Below, one piece after another: positions 12,311-25,805 of a stretch of 64,000 nt of DNA. A program made the position numbers and the translations under genes. The notes below the pieces were generated by a model that searched no databases, was not told the DNA's origin, and saw nothing but the letters and a program-made list of their open reading frames with translations. Source of the stretch: Octopus vulgaris (Eukaryota); the NCBI GenBank assembly GCA_951406725.2, contig OX597814.1:72354001-72418000 (forward strand). Direction: 5' to 3'. Position 1 is the stretch's first letter; every line of letters starts with the position of its first letter.

Positions 12311-12954
12311 TAGGGTTTTAATAACACGCTGCAAAAAATACAATACTCAACAAAATACTCGAGATAGCTACTGGACGGAGTTTTTCAAAAAAAAAACCTA
12401 CAAAATCTTCCTTTCATCTAATATGTGCATACCACCTTTGGGAAATTGAGCAGAGATTAAAAATAATCATGGTTATGAAAAATTTAGTTTGTATTACCAC
12501 TAGATACAGTATCTATTCTATAATAATAAGAGAGAGAAAGAGGGATTAGCAAGTAGCCTTAAAAATTATCCTGTTGAAAAAAACAATGTGTATGATCAAA
12601 TGTTGCAATTAACATTCAGTTTCATATTGTATGTATCTTTGATCTGTCATCAGTAGCCCAATACCGGTGTGATGCACTGTATGTGTGTGTGTGTATATAC
12701 ATACACACATTCACTACAATGAGAGGTTGTTGTTGTTGTTGAGAGACAAATACAGCAAGAGAGGGAGAGAGAGAGTGTGTATGTGTAAAATATAGATAGA
12801 TGTCGCTAAACTAATTAGCAAGCTTTGACTGAAAGCAGGAATAAGAGATACAAGATACAGTGTACTTATATCTAAAACAATCAAGCGGTGTGAGGTGCAG
12901 CTATTCTAATAAAAAGGAGCTGAACTGCGAATAAACGGGAGTACAATCTGTAAT

Positions 12955-13375
12955 GACACACATACTCATGCATGCATATGTACGTACAATTAACATATAC
13001 ATGCACATACACACATATATACACACACACATATGATATATATATGCATATATACATGTTTATACATACACATACATGCATACACATGCACACATAGATA
13101 TATAGGCATGCACTCACATGTGCATGTACATACATGTGTTCATATATGTTTACATATGCATACACACATACATATATATGTACATACATATACATACATA
13201 TGTAAACATAATGCTATACTTTAACACAAATGTATACATATACTCATGTACGCACATATATATATATATATTTTTATATGCACATATAAATACACATGCA
13301 GATATATATAAACGTGTGCACACACATACAAACAAATACTTACACATACATATATACACATCTATACATATAAAT
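12955..13375. repeat. Degenerate (CA)n/(TA)n/(CATA)n low-complexity tract
   Basis: Direct inspection. Confidence 0.85.
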
Positions 13376-13669
13376 TTGACATGGATGATTCTTTCTTGTC
13401 TTGCGATTCACGGTCAAATGATCCGGTGGTGATGCTGGGCTTTGTATTTTTTCATAGCTCTCATGGTTACCATGATAATCTACTATAATAATACTCTTGT
13501 GTTTATGAATGAGAAAGGAAGGGGTGATAAATGAATAAGGAAGGGAGGGGTGATGTCATACTTGGGAGTGGGATGATTAAAATAGTACGCTGAAAAAGTT
13601 AATCAAACAGTGTTTCAACTCTGTGTGAATATGTGTGTATATAAAAAGGGGTATGTGAATGTGTGCATT

Positions 13670-13720
<51 letters not shown>

Positions 13721-14877
13721 GCACATACAAATATATACATATGCACAACTACATCCATACTCATAGAGGTACACAGATGCGCATATGTAATTGTTTACCA
13801 ATTTGTTAATAAGAAATATTAACTACCTACTTTGTTAATAATGAATAATTATTAATTTCCTACTCTCCATTTTCTTTTCTTCATTTAACTATATATATAT
13901 ATATAAAGAGTATGAGGGTTTTAGTTCACTGATGGTCTAAATGAATAAGTACTATAATTGAGTAAGTACTATAATGAGTAAGTACTATAATTGGTCATCC
14001 ATTAGGTTCCAAGTTCACAGCTGACGCTGGAGCTAGGGATACATATTAGGCTTCTGAGTTAGCAGGTATATATTATGTGAAAGGAAAAAAGACATCAAAA
14101 GCCAAGGCAGGGTAGGTATCTCAAGTCATTTAGAATTAGAGTAAGGTGAATTTGAAGTCTTACAGCTGTTTCTGGGATACCCTAAGTGATAGGCTAGCAT
14201 GTCCATACACTGGGTATTCCATCATCAGAGACAAGGTGAGTAGGTATGAAAGATCTAGACAGGGAAATTCACAGTTTATAAGGAATAAAATAGTAGATAG
14301 AAGAATAAAGAGTAGAACAGTAGATAGAAGAATACAGACAGGAGAATAAAGGACCAAATGCCTGCTGCAAGCCCATTGCAGAAGGTTTAATGTGTTATAT
14401 ACATTGTCCACAACATCTTACACAATTCTAGTAGCCATTACATTTGGTCTACTATAAATTTTAAACAGAGATATTCTGCACATCTAAACTCATTTAAATA
14501 TGAGGAGCATAGCAAACTTGTGAATTGAGCCATTGTTATTCACCAGAAAGTACATTTAATCAAGTCCGATAGAGAAACAGGACTTTTTAAAAATGTTACA
14601 GTATTTACTTATTGGACCGGAATACACTTCCTTCAAATTGTCTGATTCACTGTCAGTTCCATACCAAACATTCAGATTATAAATTATTCATTGGAAGGGA
14701 AGATAATTAAAACATATTATTAAAACATGTCTCTCAGCAAATTGGATTGTAAATTGTCTCATGCTTAGTTATCATAGAACTATAAAGAAATGTTTCTTAA
14801 TTTGTAAGAATCCAGTTACTGAGTGAAAAGTTCAATATTTATATCTCTTTTTACAAGATCTCTTTTTTCTTCCCCAG

Positions 14878-14956
14878 TATAATGACCATTGTTGGAATCT
14901 GTTTATCAGGCTTGCGTCAGTTCACTCCAGACCTCTGTGAGATTCTCATGGACCAG
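14878..14956 (+). CDS. NUP188: NUP188 coding exon (IMTIVGICLSGLRQFTPDLCEILMDQ)
   Basis: ccccAG acceptor, CAG|GTAAT donor; 79 nt, phase 2-0. Matches human LRHFTPDVCQILLDQ. Confidence 0.92.
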
Positions 14957-15046
14957 GTAATGCGTTATTCCAATTTATTACACTACTTTCTCGTATAACT
15001 ACATTTGATATTTTCTGAAAAGAACTCTTTAAACTTTACTTCTTAG

Positions 15047-15178
15047 AGTATGGATGTCAGCCGATATGATCCATTTCTTACCATTGGTTTTAATGCTCCA
15101 TCTCTTCAGCAAGATGCTCAACCAACATTTGGAACTCTACTTGCTTGTATCAATATGTGTATGACATTCCTCCCAAAA
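15047..15178 (+). CDS. NUP188: NUP188 coding exon (SMDVSRYDPFLTIGFNAPSLQQDAQPTFGTLLACINMCMTFLPK)
   Basis: Follows a 90-nt intron; cttAG acceptor and GTATGT donor; 132 nt. Matches human SLDLAEY...PSFGTLLATVN. Confidence 0.92.
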
Positions 15179-15324
15179 GTATGTATCTTTTAATATCCTT
15201 AGCAAATTCATTTGAGTGTCTCGATTCTATACGTTGATACTCAGTTGCATTTGTGCCTGTGAGGGCATACACTCAAACATATGTAGGCAGATGCACATCA
15301 ATGTTTTTTCAGCATTATCTAGAG

Positions 15325-15495
15325 CAAAACTCCGCAACCTTTTTTCACTTGCGGTACACTTATATTCTTTTCAAAATTTGGTAGCACACCTGAAGTAAAA
15401 GTATAGGGAAAAAAATTATCAGGTTACACTGCGGTACACCTAGCATCGTCTTGTAACACACCAGTGTGTCACAGCATACTGGTTGCAGAGTACTG
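15325..15495. mobile_element. hAT (Charlie-like) MITE, 171 bp
   Basis: 8-bp TSD ATCTAGAG at 15317-15324 and 15496-15503; imperfect 15-bp TIR CAAAACTCCGCAACC / GGTTGCAGAGTACTG. Confidence 0.8.
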
Positions 15496-15656
15496 ATCTA
15501 GAGTAAATCAACTTGATGGAATTTTATCTTCTCCACATTATGATGGATTTATATTCAATGCACCTTTCTCCAGCAATGGTAAAAGCTTATAATATTTAGC
15601 TGTTTATCCTCTGTGGTACCCACTTAAATGTTTAAAGCTTTGTCAACTGGAAAATT

Positions 15657-15960
15657 ATCATCAATCATCATCAATATTTAACATCCATTTTCCATGTTGG
15701 CATGGATTGGATGGCTTCACAGTGGCTGCACCAGGTTCCATAGTCTTTTATGGCGGCATGCCCTTCCTAATGCCAACCACTTTACAGAGTATACTGGGTG
15801 CTTTTTATGTGGCACCATCACCACATTTTCATATGATACCGGTACCCACACCAATGTTTTTTATGTGGTGCCTTGGTTTAGGATCTCAGTTTTGTTGTGG
15901 TGAGCAGGTCTTCTCAAGTATAGCAATGCACTACATATCTCCATCCTCCGTCATCTCCTT
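15657..15960 (-). mobile_element. Old RTE 3'-end fragment
   Basis: CATCAT...TTTAACATCCATTTTCCATG...GCCCTTCCTAATGCCAACCAC = reverse complement of the RTE 3'UTR. Confidence 0.7.
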
Positions 15961-16309
15961 CGTTTAGTCTCTCTATTCTTATTCTAGCAGTTACATTTCT
16001 GTACAACCCACTCCATTACTAATTCTTTATGGCTCCCATGCATCTTCCACATATAAACACTATGAAGTGTGAAGACTAAATATATAAAACACAATCTGAC
16101 ATCACACAAAAATAATTCTTTACTTGGGATGAAGGATGAAATTTGTCTTCATCTTCAAGCCCTAATTAGGGTCCATAGAAGATAATAAAATAGAAACACA
16201 TACAGACTGGTTTTAGTCATTAGACCTGCTATATTAGGGTAACACCTTCAGTTAGTTATATTGCCTACAGATATCCAGCCTTGCTCAGGATTAAAATGGC
16301 ATAGTTTTT

Positions 16310-16583
16310 TTATTGTTTTACTTCTTTCATTCATGTGACTGCAGCCATGCTGGAGCAGCGCTGTTGGTTGAACAAATCAACCACTCTTTGTAAGCCTAGT
16401 ACTTATTGTATCATTGTCTTTTGCCAAAACGCTAAGTTATGGGAATGTAAACACAGCAACATCGGTTGTCAAGCAATGGTAGGGGTACAAAACAGACACA
16501 CACAAATTATACACATATATACGACAGTCTTCTTTCAGTTTCCTTGTATGAAATCCACTCACAAGGCTTTGGTCAGCCTGAGG

Positions 16584-16640
<57 letters not shown>

Positions 16641-16663
16641 ACACACACATGTATACATATATA

Positions 16664-16699
<36 letters not shown>

Positions 16700-16939
16700 T
16701 CTTTTACTCTGTTACTTGTTTGAGTGTAACCGTGTTGGAGTACCGCCTTTTAGTTGAAGAAATCACCCCATGAACTTATTCTTTGTAAGCCTGGTGCTTA
16801 TTCTATTGATATCTTCTGCTAAACTGCTAAGTTATGTGGACGTAAGCACACTAACATTGGTTTCTAAGCAATGGTTGTGGTGGTGGAACAAACACACACA
16901 CACACACATACATACATGCACACACACACATACATACAT

Positions 16940-16986
<47 letters not shown>

Positions 16987-17129
16987 GGAGAGACTTTCAG
17001 TTTCCATCAACCGAATCCACTGACATGGCATTGGTTAGCCGAAGGCTATAGTAGAAGACACTTGCCCAAGGTACCACGCAGTGGGACTGAACTGGGAAGC
17101 AAGCTTCCTAACACACAGCCACACCCGCA

Positions 17130-17130
<1 letters not shown>
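16310..17130 (-). mobile_element. Two tandem copies of a tRNA-derived SINE, separated by microsatellite
   Basis: Shared GCCATGCTGGAGCA..., AAATCCACTCACAAGGCTTTGG..., GACACTTGCCCAAGG...CACACAGCCAC blocks, as in 35653-36025. Confidence 0.75.
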
Positions 17131-17167
<37 letters not shown>

Positions 17168-17219
17168 TATTTATATACATACAAATATATATACATATAT
17201 ATATATATATATGTACATA

Positions 17220-18303
17220 CAAGGTTTGGACAAAATAATGGAAACACTTTAAAATTTCAAACAAATCTATTTTAATATGGGGTAGCACTGCCTTTGGCAG
17301 TAATTACAGCATAAATTCTATGAGCTATGGACTCGTACAAAGTTTGAATTGTTTCCAAAGGAATTTTTGTCCATTCTTCACCTAAAATTATCTCCTGTTC
17401 TTTGTGAATTGGTGTATTATCATCCTGAAGATTATGTTTCCCTCCTGAAACAGTTCTGCAATCATAGGATGAATTTGATCAGATAAAATGCTTAAATAGT
17501 CTTGACTTTTAAATTCTGCCATGAAGGGAAACCATTGGGCTGGCGGATTTCCAAGATATAGCCCCCCAGATCATCACAGATCCTCCTCCATGTTTAACAG
17601 TTGGAAGAAAGCAGTCTGGGTGAAATGCTGCTTTTGGCTGTCTCCACACGTATACTCGGCCAGTAGTCAGAAATAAGGTAAAGGATGACTTGTCCAGGAA
17701 AATAACATTCTTCCACTACTCTAAGGACCAATTCTGTAGGTTTTTACTCCACTCTAAACACTTTGCAACATTTGTTTTTGAAAGTGGTGGTTTTCTGATT
17801 GCAGCCCTCCCATAAAAATCTGGCTTTGTGCAGCTCCCAATGAACAGTTTTTGTGGAAACTGGGTTCTTGAGGTGTTCATTAAGCTCTGCAGTAATTTTG
17901 GGGTCTGTACTTTTGTGAGTCTTTCTAACAATTCGCATAAGAGTCCGATGGTCCCTGTCTGAAAGTTTTGGTTTTCTTCTGAAGTTTTTTTTCGACAAGG
18001 AGGTTTTTCGCTCTTTCTCAAATGCTGTCATTACTTTCGAGACAGTACTTTTTAATACACCAAATATTTTGGCTGTTTTTGTTACGCAAGCACCTGCCAT
18101 ACAAGCACCAACAATTTGACCTCTTTGGAAGTGCAATAGATCTGTCATTTTAATGAATTTTAATTACCTTTTTCTGATGATATCTGAAAAGAAACATCAA
18201 TTTTTGCAAAACATATTAAGCAACACTAATAATAAATCAAACAACATAAAACAAGCTTTTGACAGTTTTATAGATATTTCAAAATTATGATGTCCAACCC
18301 CTG
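17220..18303 (-). mobile_element. Tc1-family DNA transposon, decayed
   Basis: TA-flanked TIRs CAAGGTTTGGACAAAATAAT / ATTATGATGTCCAACCCCTG; transposase MTDLLHFQRGQIVG...KPKLSDRDHR..., TVKHGGGSVMIWG; frameshifts. Confidence 0.9.
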
Positions 18304-18334
18304 TATATACATATATGTATCTATATATACATAT

Positions 18335-19726
18335 ATGAGGAAACTAGGGATAGATGAATGGTTAGTGAGAGCTGTGCAAGCCATGTACAGGGATGCTGTC
18401 AGTAAGATGAGGGTTGGTAACGAGTAGTGAAGAATTCCGGGGAGGGGTCCACCAAGGATCGCTCCTTAGCCCCCTCTTATTCATCATAGTCCTCCAGGCA
18501 ATAACAGAGGAATTCAAGACAGGATGCCCCTGGGAGCTCCTCTATGCTGATGACCTTGCTCTAATTATTGAGTCACTATCAGAACTAGAAGAAAAGTTTC
18601 AGGCGTGGAAGCAAGAATTAGAATCAAAGGGCCTTAAAGTCAACTTAGCAAAAACCAAAGTCCCAATAAGTTGGAAGGCAGACAAACCACAAATCCCTTC
18701 AGGCAGATGGCCCTGCTTGATCTGTAGAAAAGGCGTAGGTAGAAACTCCATAAGATGTACTCAGTATAAGCTATGGACACATAAGAGGTGCAGTAATATC
18801 ATAGGAAGGCTAACTGGGAAGATAATTTTTGTATGTGGCACAGGTGCTATAAACACTGAAAATGTGCAGAGAACAACTTCTGTCACATTCCAGGGAGAAA
18901 AGTAGGAGTAGTTGATAGCTTCCGTTACCTAGAGGACCAAGTCAGTAGCAGGGGTGGATGCTCTGAAAGTGTAGCTGCTAGAATAAGAATAGCCTGGGCA
19001 AAGTTCAGAGAGCTCCTACCTCTGCGGGTGACAAAGGGCCTCTCAAAGTAAAAGGTAAACTGTATGACATATGTGTACGAACAGCCATGCCACATGGCTG
19101 TGAAACATGGGCCATGACTGCTGAGGATATGCGTAAGCTTGCAAGGAATGAAACCATTCTGCTGGATATGTAACGTCAGTGTGCATACTCAACAGAGTGT
19201 AAGTACCTTGAGAGAAAAGTTGGATTTAAGAAGCATCAGATGTGGTGTGCTTGAGAGACGACTGTGCTGGTATGGTCATGTGTTGCAAATGAATGAGGAC
19301 AGCTTTGTAAACAAGTCTCACGCCCTAGCTGTTGTGGGAACCTGTAGAAGAGGTAGACCCAGGAAGACCTGGGATGAGAAGGTGAAGCATGACCTTTGAA
19401 CATTGGGCCTTACCGAGGCAATGACTAGTGACCAAGACCTTTGGAGATATGCTGTGATTGAGAAGATCCAACAAACCAAGTGGGACCATAGCCTGTGGCT
19501 TATGCCAGTGGGTGTAACCAGCCCACTTATGAGTACCCCTCATTCATTGGACAATAAACTTTGCTTGCAAAGACCTATTGAGGCAAATAAAGTCAAATCA
19601 AAATATATCATAGTGGCAGTAATAGAAATGGAAGTATTATATATATATATATATACAAAGCACATCCGACCATGATCATTGCCAGCTCCACGGATAGGCT
19701 TCTGTGCCAGTGGCACGTAAAAAGCA
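18335..19726 (+). mobile_element. RTE-clade LINE fragment (RT to 3'UTR), decayed
   Basis: GVHQGSLLSPLLFIIV, LYADDL, WPCLIC..., RGRPRKTW. Confidence 0.88.
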
Positions 19727-19769
19727 TTAATAGTGAAACCTATTAAAACTGAAAGTATTATCTCACATT

Positions 19770-19998
19770 ACAATAGAGATGTTATAGTTTCACTTTTGAT
19801 ACATAATACTGAAATAGTGTAAAAGATAAGAGATTACTCCAGACTCACATTGGGCAAGAAGTTGAAAATCTGCATGGATCCTATGTAAGGTATGTGTTAA
19901 ATTTGCATAAAATCAGTTGGGTAGTTCTTGAGTTTTAGTGATGCACACATACAGACACACACACACACAGACAGACACACATTCTCAGTTTTATTTTA
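19770..19998 (-). mobile_element. Helitron-like non-autonomous repeat fragment (second copy at ~22505-22741)
   Basis: ~230 bp shared with 22505-22741; both end in ACAGACAC..ATTCTCAGTT..ATAT, the reverse complement of a Helitron-type 5' end. Confidence 0.5.
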
Positions 19999-20051
19999 TA
20001 TATTAAAAAGCAAGTTGTCTGTCTGTGTTGTGTGAACTAGTTCTACTCCTA

Positions 20052-21608
20052 AGTGTGCCTATATCAGACACGCTGGACATCAACACCTCCCCTTTTACCA
20101 TATTTGAACTAACAGCAGCCACCAAGCAACTAAAAGCCTCGAAAGCATTTGGTCCCGACAACATTCCGGCTGTGATTTGGAAGGATGATAGATTTCACAC
20201 ACTTTTGCTCAACCTCTGCAACCACACACTTTCCACCTTTGTCGCTCCAAAGATTTGGCACCAATCTCAAATCATTCCAATACCCAAAAAAGGCGATTTG
20301 TCCCTCGTCACCAACTACAGGGGCATATCTCTAATGTCAATTGCTGCAAAACTGTACAACAAACTGATCCTAAATCGTCTTGTCCTTTTTGTTGAACCTT
20401 TGCTCCGAAAGAACCAAAATGGATTCAGACATGGGCACTCAACGCTGAGCCAGATACTATGCCTGCGCAGACTTATTGAAGAATCAAAAGCATTTAATCG
20501 CGATCTTGCAATGGTATTTGTAGACTTTTCTAAAGCGTTCGATTCTGTAGATAGGTACAAGATGTTTGAAATCCTTAAGCTCTATGGGATACCAGACAAA
20601 ATTATTTCTGCCATCAAGGTCCTCTACACAGATACGTCTTCAACCATCTTAACCCCTGATGGAGAAACATCATCTTTCTCAATCGAAGCCGGAATACTGC
20701 AGGGAGACACACTCGCCCCATTTCTTTTCATCATTGTTGTTGATTATGTGCTACGTATGTCAGTTGATACCATCTCTGGCAAGGGCTTTGAAATAAAACC
20801 AAGAAGAAGTTCCAGACACCCAGCTGAGTACTTGACAGACACTGACTTTGCTGACATCGCTTTTATCAGTGATTCTCTCTCCAATGCCCAGTCTCTTTTA
20901 CAATCTCTTGAACAAGCCTCAAATTGTGTAGGTCTTTACCTCAATGAGGCCAAAACTGAATACATAAACAAGTGCCTGTCCAACAGTGATTGCATTATCC
21001 ACACTCTCAACAGTGCGCCTTTAAATATGGTTTCTGATTATAAATATCTTGGGTCATACATATCATCATCTGGAAAAGACTTTCTAACTAGAAAGGGTAT
21101 GGCCTGGTCAGCCTGTAATGACATGCATAAGATCTGGTTATCAAATCTAAGTAGAGACTTCAAACTTGAAATATTCAAAGCCACAGTCGAACCAATTCAA
21201 CTATATGGCTCAGAAACCTGGACGTTATCAAAGAAGCTTGAGAGGCGGTTGGATGGAACCTACACTCGCCTCCTTATGAGAGCTCAAAATCTCTTGTGGA
21301 GGCGCCATCCAACCAAAATGCAAATATATGGGAAATTACCACCTGTGTCATCTCTTGTGAAAGGTGAGAGAGTCCAGTTTGCTGGACATTGTTGTAGAGC
21401 TGAAAAAGAAGTAATTTCTACTCTTCTCCTCTGGAAGCCATCTACTCGCAACACCAGAGGGCGCACACTCTCCTACCCTGATGTAATCTCCAGGGATACA
21501 GGCATCCAGCAACAGGACCTCCGTAATGCTATGATGGACCGTGAAGTCTGGCGTAACATAGTAAATTCCATTGTCTCGACCACGGTCGAACAATGATGAT
21601 GATGATGA
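20052..21608 (+). mobile_element. 5'-truncated RTE-like LINE of a second family, uninterrupted RT ORF
   Basis: ORF 20025-21596 (KAFGPDNI, NYRGISL, FVDFSKAFDSV, GILQGDTLAPFLF, KYLGS, LYGSETW); (GAT)n tail right after the stop; TSD TCTACTCCTA at 20042-20051 and 21609-21618. Confidence 0.92.
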
Positions 21609-22214
21609 TCTACTCCTATAATTTTCAACAAAATTTGACGTGTGCTCTCTTTGACTTAGTACATGTTTTCTTATAATTTTTCCTCGAAATTCTGCGCCTC
21701 CCCAACATAATAGACTGCTCTCAATTCACCTAGGATTTGAATCCACTATGACTATGCAACAGTAATGCATACAATTTTCAGCGCTTCTTTAGAAGTGCAC
21801 CTCTCCAAGAAAATGATGCCTAATTTCTAAAAAATTATGGAAATGGGAAATATATCCAAAATAAATTAAGTATGCAAAAAATTACAAAAATTTATCTATT
21901 TTCAAATATATAATACTAAAAAATAAAACATGGAAAACGCACACTCATGAATATAAACAAACATGTCAGCCGATACAAGGGGCAGTAACTTGTATCAGAG
22001 GGGTCTGACAATAACGTTTGCAAATTCTTGATTGTTTTTAATCAGATTTTTTACTGCACACACTGGTAAGGTTTAGTGTAGCATGCGCTGCTACCACATA
22101 AAAGCTATTCGGAATTACTTGTTCAGTGGTAGCAGGACGTGCTAGAAGTACCAGCCAAATCGGTTAATGTTTACAAATACACCTGCACTCAACCCCCACC
22201 ACTTTTCTTTCTTT

Positions 22215-22249
<35 letters not shown>

Positions 22250-22254
22250 ATACA

Positions 22255-22470
22255 TTATAGCCTCTGGCCCACCAAAGCCTTGTGAGTGGGTTTCGTACAT
22301 GGAAACTGAAAGAACAGTCATATATATGTGTGTATTAGTGTGTGTGTGTGTGTGTTTGTAATCACACCATGCTTTACAACTGATGTTGGTGTGTCTACAT
22401 ACCTATAACTTAGCGGTTTGCAAAAGACACTGACAGAATAATTAGAAGGCGATGCTCCAACATGGCGGTC
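22255..22470 (+). mobile_element. SINE fragment (same family as 35653-36025)
   Basis: TATAGCCTCTGGCCCACCAAAGCCTTGTGAGTGG...GCTCCAACATGGC. Confidence 0.6.
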
Positions 22471-23989
22471 GTCACAAGGCTGTGTATCTCTGCTAGTATA
22501 TATAAATAGAGATGTTATTGTTTCACTTTTGACACATAATACTGAATGAAATAGTGTAAGAAATAAGAGATTGCTCCAGGCTTGCATTAAGCAAGAAGTT
22601 GAAAATTATTTTTTGGCCCATGACACTACATGGACCCTAAGTAAGACATGTGTAAAATTTGAATGAAATCGGTTGGGTAGTTCTCAAGTTTTAGTGATGC
22701 ACACATACAGACACACATTCTCAGTTATATATATATATAGATTTATTTTATCAACCCTAGATGGGGGCAAAAGGCAAAATATGTATGCAATGCACACATG
22801 CATGCATGCACACTCACACACACATCAGTAGCATTTAGCATTTTCTATGCTTACATGGGTTGGACATCTTGTTGAGGATCTAATGAGCCACAGGGCTGTG
22901 TTGAGCTCCAATGTCAACTTTGGCATAGTTTCTATGTTTTGATGTCCTTCCTAACAGCAACTGCTTTATAGAGTACTTTTTTTTTGTGGTATTAGTGAGA
23001 TCATCAAGTAGCTTGCAAGAAATGAAAAGAACAGGGAAAAGCTCTTTTACTTAAGTGGGGTGGGGAGTATGTGAAACAGGGAGGTGGCTTTATGCCAAGT
23101 GCTGAGAGGCTAAACTGTGATTGAGAGATAGGCACAGGTATCTATGTCATCATTATATATCTGACTTCCATCCGGGCATGGATCAGATGACTCAATATCT
23201 GCTTTGGCATGGTTTCTATAGCTGGAGACCCTTCCTGTAACCAACCACTTTATAGTATGTACTGGTCAGTTGTAGTGAGGTCAGTACTAAATCAGTACTA
23301 GTAAGGTCAACTTGCAATGTCCATGGCCCTTTTAACTGATGGAGAAATGAAGAGAAAGTAATGAGAGGAACAAATTTAGATTTGTGAAAGGGTAGTGGAG
23401 AGAGTAAGAGTTGACATTGTTGGAGAAAAAAGTATGGAAGGGAGACACATACATACCTAGGGGGTTTCAGAGTACCAAATTTCACTTACAAAGCATAAGT
23501 CAAACTGAGGCTGTGGAAGCAGACACTAGTTCAAGGGACCAGGTAATAGGATTGAACTAATCAGAATATGGTTGCAAACAACCAGCTTGTCTTAAAGGCA
23601 TGAACATCGTGGTATGGACATTTATATGTTTGTTTATTTACATGTTTAAACTATTGTATTTTGTACCTGCACTTCATACTCCTATGATATTCCTATTCAT
23701 ATCACTGCCCATCCTACCAGCCATTACACACACTACTTTTGTAAATCACTCCTTTATTAACACCTTTTCTAACCATAGTTCTTTCTCCTTAAGCACAATT
23801 TTCAAACATCTAATATTGCCAGTGTTTTTCTAAGCTTTTAAAAAGTCCTCATTCTAACAATAGACTTTGCTTCAAATATCAGAATTCTTATTTCCCTAAG
23901 GCATAAACTTTATTACATGTGTGTGTGTGTGTAAGAATATATATGGTAGAAAGTAATCATAAAGTTTTGGCTTTTCTCTTTGTCAAAAG

Positions 23990-24051
23990 ATTGATCCCAG
24001 AGCTTCTTCTCCTCAGAAAGGAAATGATTTTATTAATCACAATATACCCAA
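23990..24051 (+). CDS. NUP188: NUP188 short linker exon (IDPRASSPQKGNDFINHNIPK)
   Basis: Pyrimidine tract + aAG acceptor; AA|GTAAGT donor; 62 nt, phase 0-2, exactly the phase needed to join 15178 to 26497. Sequence is poorly conserved. Confidence 0.7.
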
Positions 24052-24176
24052 GTAAGTAACTAATATATACAAACATTCATCAGTAGTTTCATTTGCATGA
24101 GATTAATATTTTTAGAAAACTGCAAGTATTTAAGTGAAGTATAATTAATTAAATCAACTCCAATATAGACCATCCC

Positions 24177-24207
<31 letters not shown>

Positions 24208-24208
<1 letters not shown>

Positions 24209-25266
24209 CTATGTTTGACTTTTGCTTTACATTTGCACAAGCTGGCTCCAAGTCTCACCCAGAGACCTCAAGAGACAAGTTGGAAGTTCATGTTGGTGTT
24301 ATGCCTCGGGTGCCATATATTTGGTTTTGTACTAGTGAATGTCTAAAAAAAACATACGAAAATTATGTTTGTTTTAAAACTTGAGATTACATAGAAAGTA
24401 TTTTGCGTAGGATATGAGCAGTTCCCATGAGCACTATCTTTTGAATTTCTGCCATTTTTGGGTTTCCTGGTATCTGAGTTAGGTAGCAATCATTCCCGGA
24501 GCACCTATGACAACAGGTATTGTTTTAGTCTTCAGGTTCCACATTTTGCCGATTTCTATTTCAAGATCTTTATATTTGCTCAGTTTCTGCTAGGTCTTGA
24601 CAGATACGTTATCGATTGGGACAGTTATATCAATGAGGAGGCATGTTTTTTGTTTGAAGTCTTTTAATATGATGTGTGGCCTATTCGCATCTATCTTTCT
24701 GTCAGTTTGAATGGTGAAGTTCCAGAGGAGTGAGATGTGGTCATTTTCAAGCACTGGAGGTGGTTTGTGTTCCCACCAGTTTTTATCTTTGGGCAAGTCC
24801 AGGCTTTTGCAAATTACCCAGTGAATATATTGTGCAGCTCTATCATGCCTGTTGAGATACTCTGTAGGCGCAAGAAGACTGCACTTGGAGACATGATCAA
24901 TGGTTTCATTTTGCTGTTGACATACATGACATGTTGGGCTACTGCTGTTCTTTAATATGTTGGCCTGGTAGTTCCTTGTAGGTAGGCATTGATCTTGAGC
25001 TGCTATGATAAACCCTTCTGTTTCAGATTTTAAGCCAGAATCCATTAGCCATTGATGGGTCAGGGCTTTGTCAACATCTGCATTATTTGCTCTCTTTGGG
25101 TATTTGCCATTGAGAGGTTTTTCTTGCCATTTATCATTCAGAATATCTAAGGCAGCAGTTTTAGCAAGGGTTTTCATGCACTTAGTTTTTTCTGTGCTTG
25201 TTTCTTGTATGTCTAATTCCGAAATTTGTTGTATTCGGAATTCACTTAGATACTCCTTTGCCTGTA
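24208..25266 (-). mobile_element. R4/Dong-clade non-LTR retrotransposon 3' part (CCHC + RLE endonuclease)
   Basis: SETEGFIIAAQDQ, CHVC...ETIDHV.KC, YLNRHD, LLWNF.IQTD..I.ANRP.I..., IDITVP; flanked on both sides by (TAA)n. Confidence 0.88.
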
Positions 25267-25805
25267 TTTTTTTATTATTATTATTAACATCTGGGGATGA
25301 AAAAGAAAGCTGCCAGCAGCAGAATTTAGGCTGAGAAATGTTACAAGTGTAGAACGCACAGTTTATCATTTCCTCTATACAACTTCCTTCATTAGTTTTA
25401 TATCTTCAGTCTGGATGATAGCCATAGTACAGTTTATATGGAAGTTAGTCAAAGTGTAAGGCATTAACAACTGTGGCCACCAAAAAGGAAACACTAACTT
25501 CTTGCCTAGATTATAGCTGCTCCAAAGAAATACATTATTGGAGATCATGTACAGTGTATTTTATATTATACACATTGTATAAGATGCTTAAATACCATTA
25601 GATCTTCTGTAAAGAGAAATTCTCACAGCCATAGAGAAGAACTGAATGGATTTCTGTATCTTGGTATTCCTTTATAACAATAGCATAGGTGTTAATTGCA
25701 TAAAGGCAGTACGAGCTAGAATCATGTTCTTCTTTACTATGCTAAGTTTCACCAGTTGTAGAAAGAGTGTCTCTGGTATGCAAATTCATCTCTTATAAAT
25801 GTCGA

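Noticed and set aside
13900-14860. Possible decayed retroelement with short tandem repeats (TAAGTACTATAAT x3)
   Set aside because: No diagnostic motif could be read confidently.
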